This document shows, piece after piece, positions 26,242 to 32,000 of a DNA stretch of 32,000 bases. Source of the stretch: Candidatus Hadarchaeales archaeon. Lineage in GTDB: Archaea; Hadarchaeota; Hadarchaeia; Hadarchaeales; Hadarchaeaceae. Position numbers and translations under genes: made by a program. The notes under the pieces were generated by a model. The model worked only from the letters and a program-made list of their open reading frames with translations, was not told the origin of the DNA and searched no databases. The stretch is from the NCBI GenBank assembly GCA_038823825.1, contig JAWBCC010000001.1:330001-362000 (forward strand). The letters run 5' to 3'. The stretch's first letter is position 1. Each line of letters starts with the position of its first letter.

Positions 26242-27356
26242 AAAAGTTCCCCTACGCTGGTAAAACCGGTAATGGGGAAGCCCGCCAAAGGTTAGAGGAG
26301 GAGTTCAGAGAAGAGGAAAAACCAGAAAAAACAGCCTTTCTCTTTCTTCTAATTCCACTGTTGTGCATAGGTTTCGTGATTTTCACGATAGTTTACCTTT
26401 TTGCGGCAAGTTTTACCTCAAACGGGGAATTTGTGGGACTCCAGAACTTTGTAAAGCTTTTCACAGAGGACCCATACTTCTGGCCAGCCCTATGGCACAA
26501 TCTTTTCTGGATGATCTGGGCTATTCTGATCCCGGTAGGACTCGGATTTATCCTAGCGTTTATCCTAAGCGCAGGGTTAAAGGGCGAAGGATTTTTCAAG
26601 GGCGTGATATACTTTCCAGCACTCCTGTCCGGAGCCACAATCGGAGTGATATGGAGCTGGTTTTTCCTCCCGAAAGATAACGGAGTTCTGAATTTTATCC
26701 TGAGCAAGCTCGGGCTGATGGGTTTAGCCAATCCCACTACTAAACTTTGGATAAACGATCCTTCCAGCCCAGTTCCATTTCTCTGGATAATAACTATTCC
26801 TGTGTTTGCGATTTCGGTCATGGTGATTTTGTTGTCATTCTTTCCGAAAGTATCCGATTTGTCGCTTGTTTTGATTGTCAGTTTATTCGGCATTGGGATT
26901 CCAGCGATCCTTTACAAGACTGGGGCAGTCTCCACCTCGCTGGTTTCAATCCTCATCGCATCAACTTGGGCGGGATCCGCGGTATCCATGGTTATGTTTC
27001 TGGCTGGAATGAGAGCAATCCCAAAAAGTGTTTTAGAAGCGGCAAAGGTCGACTGTGCTTCTTGGTTTCAGACACTTAGGCACGTCATCCTACCATATCT
27101 TCGTCCTGTTTTCACCATCCTCATTGTGCTCTCCGCGATAAGCTCCGTTAAGGCCTTTGACTTAGTCTACACACTTGCTGGGCAAGAGGGTGGAGCTGGG
27201 CACCACGCCGCAGATGTTCTAGCTCTTTACATCTATCGCAGCCTGAAGATAGGAAACTACGGATATGCGAGCGCCATAGGAGTTATCGGGATACTAGTTG
27301 CAATAGCGCCTGTTATCATCTACATTACTTTGATGAGGAGGAGGGAAGAAGAATGA
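26238..27356 (+). CDS. ABC sugar transporter permease (MalF/UgpA-like) with extra hydrophobic insertion
   Basis: 372 aa with a GTGA overlap with the SBP stop. It has the EAA loop LEAAKVDCASWFQTLRHVILPYLRP. It is about 70-80 aa longer than typical CUT1 permeases because of a charged N-terminal tail and an insertion around aa 181-230. Confidence 0.85.
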   Translation: MKKFPYAGKTGNGEARQRLEEEFREEEKPEKTAFLFLLIPLLCIGFVIFTIVYLFAASFTSNGEFVGLQNFVKLFTEDPYFWPALWHNLFWMIWAILIPVGLGFILAFILSAGLKGEGFFKGVIYFPALLSGATIGVIWSWFFLPKDNGVLNFILSKLGLMGLANPTTKLWINDPSSPVPFLWIITIPVFAISVMVILLSFFPKVSDLSLVLIVSLFGIGIPAILYKTGAVSTSLVSILIASTWAGSAVSMVMFLAGMRAIPKSVLEAAKVDCASWFQTLRHVILPYLRPVFTILIVLSAISSVKAFDLVYTLAGQEGGAGHHAADVLALYIYRSLKIGNYGYASAIGVIGILVAIAPVIIYITLMRRREEE

Positions 27357-28189
27357 GTGAAAAGAGCACAAAGATTCTTTATGTGATTGTTTTTTTCATA
27401 TGCATTATATGGGTCTTGCCGCTCATCACCGTGATATTCGCATCATTCAAACCGGAGGTGGAGATAAGGACGGGTAATCCTCTCTATCCGCCTACGGATC
27501 CAACTACTAGCAATTACTCAGATGCTCTTTATGAGGGAAGCCCGCCGCTCCTTACCGCTTTCAAAAACACTCTGATAATAACGACCCCTGCTGTGCTCGG
27601 TTCAGTCTTTTTGGGCGCTCTAGCGGCGTATCCTTTAGCAAGGCTGAAATTTAAAGGAAGCACGACAGTATACCTTTTGTTACTCTTCGGGATGATGTTT
27701 CCATTTCAATTGGTAATGGTTCCGGTTTTCAAGGCTGCAGATTTCCTCGGTCTTTACGAGACGACCACCGGAAACTATCTGGCGGTGATAGGCACGCATA
27801 TCATCTTTGGTGTGCCTTTCTGCGCTTTTATTCTTAGAAACTTCTTCAAAACTGTGCCCAGATCTCTCCAGGATGCCGCAATGATCGACGGATGTTCTCA
27901 TTTCTCATTTTTCTTCAGAATTCTTCTTCCCCTCTCTCTGCCAGCCTTGGCTGTCATATCTCTCCTGCAGTTCACAGGAATCTATAACGATATGCTGTGG
28001 GCGCTGGTTTTGATGAGGTATACCGACACATACCCTGTTGCGACAACTCTAGCCAGCTTATCAACAACGGCCGGCGTGCCGTATGGGCTTCTCTGTGCGG
28101 CAGGCTTTTTGGCAGTCCTCCCCACGCTAATCCTTTTCATACTGTTGCAAAGATATTTCATACAGGGGTTGGCCGCGGTAGGTCAGTAA
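27353..28189 (+). CDS. ABC sugar transporter permease (MalG/UgpE-like)
   Basis: 278 aa with an ATGA overlap with the preceding permease. It has the EAA loop QDAAMIDGCSHFSFFFRILLPLSLPAL and six hydrophobic segments. Confidence 0.9.
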   Translation: MSEKSTKILYVIVFFICIIWVLPLITVIFASFKPEVEIRTGNPLYPPTDPTTSNYSDALYEGSPPLLTAFKNTLIITTPAVLGSVFLGALAAYPLARLKFKGSTTVYLLLLFGMMFPFQLVMVPVFKAADFLGLYETTTGNYLAVIGTHIIFGVPFCAFILRNFFKTVPRSLQDAAMIDGCSHFSFFFRILLPLSLPALAVISLLQFTGIYNDMLWALVLMRYTDTYPVATTLASLSTTAGVPYGLLCAAGFLAVLPTLILFILLQRYFIQGLAAVGQ

Positions 28190-30573
28190 ACCTTTCCCAT
28201 TCTCACAATGATCTTGTGAATCTTTCCGTCACCTATTGGTGGTATCACCGGTTCCGCAAGTTTTTTGTTGTCTAGAATAACTTCACGCACGCCGGTATTC
28301 ACACCTTCAGGATTTTCTACCTCGATTTCATAAATCGCTCCTCTGAATTTTCTGATAACCCTGAACCTCTTCCAGCTTTTTGGAATGCAGGGGTCGATGA
28401 GTAGGCCTTTTTCAACCGGCCTTACTCCAAGAATCCACTCCGTGCAAACTTTAAACATCCAAGCTGCAGATCCAGTATACCATGTCCAGCTTCCTCTTCC
28501 ATAATTCTTGGCTGTAGGTCCGTCGGTGTTCCCCGGTAGAACATAAGGTTCGGCCTGATATGCGTCAGCGTCTAATGCTCGCAGCGGCGGACACATTCTG
28601 CGGAAGATGTCGTACGCTTTTTCCGCTTCTCGTAATTTACAATATGCCAGTATGCACCATGTCCCAGCGTGTGTGTAAACTCCTCCGTTTTCTCTTAAAC
28701 CAGGAGCATAGCGCGTAATATATCCGATTGTGTTATCGGGTTTCGTGTAAGCTGGATGTAACAAAAGAGGTCCATAATCCATTAAAAGATACTTTTCAAT
28801 TGCTTGTTTTATCTTATCAACCCTTTCGGGTGGAGTGATCTCGTTTATTATGGCCCAAGTCTGCGCATTTAGATATATCCTTCCTTCTTCACATGTTTTA
28901 CTCCCGATTAGACTGCCATCATCTTTTGATGCCCTCCAGTACCACTCACCGTCCCATCCATATTCGTTTATTTTCTCTTTCAATTCTTCAGCTCTTCTTT
29001 CGTATAGCGCTGCTTTTTCATTTAGTCCGACTTTTCTACAAACTTTGGCGAATCTTTTCAGTAGACCATACAGGAAATGTCCTAACCAGATTGATTCTCC
29101 TTTCCACTGCAAACCTACTGCGCTCAAACCGTCGTTCCAATCTCCGGCGCCAATCAGCGGAAGTCCGCGAGGACTAAAGCGAGAGAGCGCTAAATCTATC
29201 GCCTTCAGACAATGATTCAAAATGGTGTCCTCGGGCCCGTCAACGTAAGGTACTTTTTCCTCCAGTATTTTGTAGTCATCAGTTTCTTCAAGATAGAATG
29301 TCAGGATGTACGGGAGCCAGAGCATATTATCGGAAATGTTTGTTCTCATGCCGATTGTCGTTCCGGGATGCCACCAGTGATAGACTGCACCATCTTGGAA
29401 CTGCGCACAGGCATGCAGCAAGATTTGCTTTTTGGTTATCTCAGGATCTAACGGGAGCGCAATCAGGCTACTCTGGAGCTGATCTCTGAAGCCATAAGCT
29501 CCGGAGCACTGGTAGTAGCCAGTTCTAGCCCACATGTGTCCGGAGAGGGCCTGGTATTTTAGCCAGTAGTTAATGAGAATGTTGAACGCATTATCCGGAG
29601 TTTCGACCAATATGCCAGACACGAGATTTTCCCAAAAATCAATCACCTTCCGTAACGCCTCTTCGACGTTGATCGGGTCATGATATTTTCTGATCAAACT
29701 TTCGATCTTCTCTCTTTTTTCGGCCCCAAGCAAGAAAATGATAGTTTTTTCCTCACCGGGCTTCAGATGAATTCTGACGTGGAGACTCGCGATGCTGTCG
29801 CAGAACTTTCCAACATTTCCCGAGAGTCTGCCACTTTCCACAGCTGCGGGCCTGCGTATGTCTCCTCGCCTACCCAAAAAAGAGAGTTTGTCTCCTTCAA
29901 AACCTTCTGGTTTCATGTTGACTGAGTGGAAGGCTTCGAGCGGGATTTCTGGCTGTCCTGTGCTGATGTATCTCGGCGTCGGGAGTGGACGCTTCTTTGC
30001 AAATATACAGTTGAGATCCGTAATATATTCAGTCTCTATAAATGTTTTGTGAAACTCGCGATGTGTATCCATTCCGTTTCCGAGACACCACTCAAGATAC
30101 GTGAACAGACTGATAGCACGAGAGCGCGCGGAGGAGTTTCTCAACTTTACACGCCATATTTCCAGCGGTTCTCCGATTGGTACAAAAACGAGCATCGAAC
30201 AGTCTAAACCAGACCTTGCGCTTTTGATCTCTGTGTATCCCAAACCGTGTACAACCTCGTATTTCTCAAAATCTGGACAGCAGGGTTTCCATCCCAAAGA
30301 CCAGAATTCACCATTTTCATCGTCGCGCACATAGATGTACTTTCCATATTCGTCGCGGATGAGATCTTGATGCCAAATGTTCAACCTAGCGAGAGCAGAG
30401 TTTCCTCTCCAGCTGAAGCCGCTACCAGCCTGGGAGATGGCTAACCCATAGTCTCCATTACATATTATGTTCACCCATGGCGCTGGAGTGTCGGGCCTAG
30501 TTATTACAAATTCCCTGCCGTTTTTCGTGAAGTATCCGTACTTGTTTGACAAAAGTCTCTGCTCCTGTGACAT
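28183..30573 (-). CDS. GH94 glycoside phosphorylase (cellobiose/chitobiose/cellodextrin/laminaribiose phosphorylase-like)
   Basis: 796 aa with no signal peptide. It has N-terminal KYGYFTKNGREFVITRPDTPAPWVN, the catalytic-Asp block IGAGDWNDGLS, the phosphate-site block RENGGVYTHAGTW, and WYTGSAAW. Length and motifs fit the roughly 800-aa disaccharide phosphorylase branch of GH94. Substrate cannot be read from the sequence by eye. Confidence 0.9.
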   Translation of the reverse strand: MSQEQRLLSNKYGYFTKNGREFVITRPDTPAPWVNIICNGDYGLAISQAGSGFSWRGNSALARLNIWHQDLIRDEYGKYIYVRDDENGEFWSLGWKPCCPDFEKYEVVHGLGYTEIKSARSGLDCSMLVFVPIGEPLEIWRVKLRNSSARSRAISLFTYLEWCLGNGMDTHREFHKTFIETEYITDLNCIFAKKRPLPTPRYISTGQPEIPLEAFHSVNMKPEGFEGDKLSFLGRRGDIRRPAAVESGRLSGNVGKFCDSIASLHVRIHLKPGEEKTIIFLLGAEKREKIESLIRKYHDPINVEEALRKVIDFWENLVSGILVETPDNAFNILINYWLKYQALSGHMWARTGYYQCSGAYGFRDQLQSSLIALPLDPEITKKQILLHACAQFQDGAVYHWWHPGTTIGMRTNISDNMLWLPYILTFYLEETDDYKILEEKVPYVDGPEDTILNHCLKAIDLALSRFSPRGLPLIGAGDWNDGLSAVGLQWKGESIWLGHFLYGLLKRFAKVCRKVGLNEKAALYERRAEELKEKINEYGWDGEWYWRASKDDGSLIGSKTCEEGRIYLNAQTWAIINEITPPERVDKIKQAIEKYLLMDYGPLLLHPAYTKPDNTIGYITRYAPGLRENGGVYTHAGTWCILAYCKLREAEKAYDIFRRMCPPLRALDADAYQAEPYVLPGNTDGPTAKNYGRGSWTWYTGSAAWMFKVCTEWILGVRPVEKGLLIDPCIPKSWKRFRVIRKFRGAIYEIEVENPEGVNTGVREVILDNKKLAEPVIPPIGDGKIHKIIVRMGKVY

Positions 30574-30603
30574 GGACCTCTAGAAAACTACTCATGCGAT
30601 TTT

Positions 30604-30663
30604 TTTAGTTTTCGTGCACGCAAGAGAAGCTAAATGGTGTTTTGTAAAAAAACGAAAACTAAA
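30604..30663. repeat. Perfect 12-bp inverted repeat TTTAGTTTTCGT / ACGAAAACTAAA with 36-nt spacer; a third GAAAACTA copy lies at 30583-30590
   Basis: Arms at 30604-30615 and 30652-30663 verified base by base. They lie in the 176-nt divergent spacer between the GH94 gene (start 30573, minus) and the signal-less SBP gene (start 30750, plus). The left arm overlaps an A-rich TATA-like block about 28 nt from the GH94 start. Confidence 0.8.
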
Positions 30664-30749
30664 TTAAAATTCTTTTTTGGAACTAATTTTACTCTAGCTT
30701 TTTCCAAAAAGGGTTAAAACCTTTGCTGTCTTAAATAAAATGTGAGAGG

Positions 30750-31925
30750 GTGAAAGAAAAGCTTGAAGTTTATCACTTCTGGATAGGGCATGAGCATGCA
30801 CCAATAAAAAGTTTCTTGGATTTTTTTGCGAGAAAGTATTCAATTGAGGTCAGAGACATAGCGATGGAATGGGGTATCCATAGCGCGATAACTCAGGCTA
30901 AAGTTATGAGAGAGAATCCGCCCGATATCGTAGCCACGGATATAGGACGGAGGCTGGCTGATTACGTTAAAACTGGCGAAATTGCCGAAGTCGAAAAGAT
31001 CTGGTCGAGTAAAAGTCTCAAAAAAGCAATACCGGACTGGATAAAAGAAGCCTGCAGCGTAGACGGCAAAATCTACGGTGTGCCGTCTAAATGTTTCACC
31101 TTTGCAGTCTGGTATCTGAAAAGAGTCTTCAAAAAGTACAACTTAGAACCTCCGGAAAGCTGGGACGAATTTTTAGAAATATGTAAGAAACTTTCCCAGA
31201 AAGGTATCAGACCAATAGTCTCTAGTTCTTGGGAGGTTTCTCTCTGGTTTGAGAACATCTTGGTTCGATTTGTGGGGCCGGATTTTTACAACGCTTTGAT
31301 GAGGGGCGAAGAGAGCTGGCTGGATCCGCGTGTTATCGAGGCTTATGAAACCTTGAGAGAGCTTTCGGAGTATTTCTTGCCAGGACCATTCAGCTATAGT
31401 TTTCGCGAGTCTTGGGAGGCTCTAAACGCTGAAAAAGCGGTCATGCAACTTCAAGGAGATTGGGTTAATGAGATGTGGAAGGTCGGTTATGGCTATAAAC
31501 CGGGTGTTGACTATGACTTTTTCTTGATACCGCCGATAGATGACAAAGTAGGTCATGTCATGATAACCGGTGGAAACGCTTGGTTGATGACTAAAAGAGC
31601 TCCACACAAGAATGAAGCTAAAACTTTCATGACTTTCGCCGCATCCAAAAGGGCCCACGAAATACTGGCAAAGGAAGGGATGGGCATAATGAGCAGAATC
31701 GATGTTCCTGAGCAACTCTATGATCCCGTCTCCTTAAGATTGCTCAAGAGTCTACAGAAATATCCTAATGTGCTTCAAATGGACGCGATACTGCCGGCTA
31801 CCGTGTTGAGCGTGGAAAGATTACAGCAGGCACAAATCGTTTTGGGAGAGGAATTTAGCAGGAAGCGAATAGAGGCGCTTTTAGAAGAGATCCAGAAAGT
31901 AAGTGAAGGAATCCGACAGAGGTGA
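30750..31925 (+). CDS. Solute-binding-protein-family-1 paralogue lacking any signal peptide or membrane anchor
   Basis: 391 aa, GTG start. An in-frame TAA at 30732-30734 excludes an N-terminal extension. The sequence starts directly at the mature-domain block EKLEVYHFW, which aligns with ESIVVYHYW at aa 38-46 of the SBP at 24964. Further shared blocks are VDGKIYGVP and W.EF. Confidence 0.75.
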   Translation: MKEKLEVYHFWIGHEHAPIKSFLDFFARKYSIEVRDIAMEWGIHSAITQAKVMRENPPDIVATDIGRRLADYVKTGEIAEVEKIWSSKSLKKAIPDWIKEACSVDGKIYGVPSKCFTFAVWYLKRVFKKYNLEPPESWDEFLEICKKLSQKGIRPIVSSSWEVSLWFENILVRFVGPDFYNALMRGEESWLDPRVIEAYETLRELSEYFLPGPFSYSFRESWEALNAEKAVMQLQGDWVNEMWKVGYGYKPGVDYDFFLIPPIDDKVGHVMITGGNAWLMTKRAPHKNEAKTFMTFAASKRAHEILAKEGMGIMSRIDVPEQLYDPVSLRLLKSLQKYPNVLQMDAILPATVLSVERLQQAQIVLGEEFSRKRIEALLEEIQKVSEGIRQR

Positions 31926-31931
31926 ATACAT

Positions 31932-32000
31932 TTGGTGAGAAGGATTTCTTCTGTCATTGGACTTTTTTCGGCTAAGGGAGGCGTAGGAAAGACAGTTCTA
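31932..32000 (+). CDS. ParA/MinD/Mrp-type P-loop ATPase (first 23 codons only; gene runs off the window end)
   Basis: My translation from TTG 31932 (or GTG 31935) reads (M)VRRISSVIGLFSAKGGVGKTVL. It contains the deviant Walker A KGGVGKT of the ParA/MinD family. It starts 6 nt after the preceding stop. Confidence 0.5.
   Translation, partial: MVRRISSVIGLFSAKGGVGKTVL

Noticed and set aside
26363-26893. Alternative-frame ORFs (105 aa plus strand, 166 aa minus strand) within the first permease gene
   Set aside because: The annotated frame has the hydrophobic helix pattern and EAA loop of an ABC permease. The alternatives have no motifs.
30604-30663. The 12-bp inverted repeat as a transcription terminator
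   Set aside because: It lies between two divergent start codons, not downstream of any gene. The 36-nt loop is long for an intrinsic terminator hairpin. An operator or leader-structure role is more consistent with the position.
19081-32000. The glycan locus as a compositionally distinct horizontally acquired island
   Set aside because: Hand GC counts on scattered 60-nt lines gave 37-52% in the first 11 kb and 40-57% in the locus. These are overlapping ranges with no visible step. No flanking tRNA, integrase or direct repeats were seen. Proper sliding-window GC and codon-usage analysis would be needed.

Overview
All calls come from reading the ORF translations and the DNA by eye. No database search or computation was run, so family names are motif-level recognitions.

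The window is a gene-dense archaeal chromosome segment. It encodes archaea/eukaryote-type L31e, L39e, LX, S19e, aIF6, prefoldin, RNase P Rpp21 and Nep1, and many genes start with GTG or TTG. I saw no rRNA, tRNA, CRISPR array or IS element.

- **1-5.7 kb, minus strand:** the conserved translation/SRP operon nep1-rnp4-rps19e-PDCD5-like-rpl39e-rpl31e-eif6-rplX-pfdA-ftsY. It is extended by a DUF62 SAM hydrolase and a truncated NMN adenylyltransferase.
- **5.7-13 kb, plus strand:** a tightly packed same-strand array. It holds an XPD/DinG-like Fe-S helicase and an oversized FlaI/VirB11-type ATPase with an N-terminal CxxC...CxxC and a deviant Walker A. These are followed by a FlaJ/TadC-like polytopic membrane protein, a stand-alone B3/4-domain protein, a metallophosphoesterase and a Zn-ribbon protein. 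No pilin or prepilin peptidase is present. This is my main candidate for an undescribed system, possibly nucleic-acid translocation; that function is inference only.
- **13-19 kb:** Trm5-type methyltransferase, RNase HII, a small acidic-tailed wHTH protein, MoaB, two overlapping orphan membrane-anchored proteins, a PflX-like radical SAM enzyme and a sugar-type ABC ATPase.
- **19-32 kb:** a beta-glucan utilisation locus. It has two membrane-anchored PF10091/GH144-like hydrolases with different accessory domains, a CBM-like protein, and an ABC importer (SBP plus two permeases). It also has a cytoplasmic GH94 phosphorylase, a signal-less SBP paralogue and the start of a ParA/MinD-like ATPase. Repeated short motifs sit in its divergent control regions.
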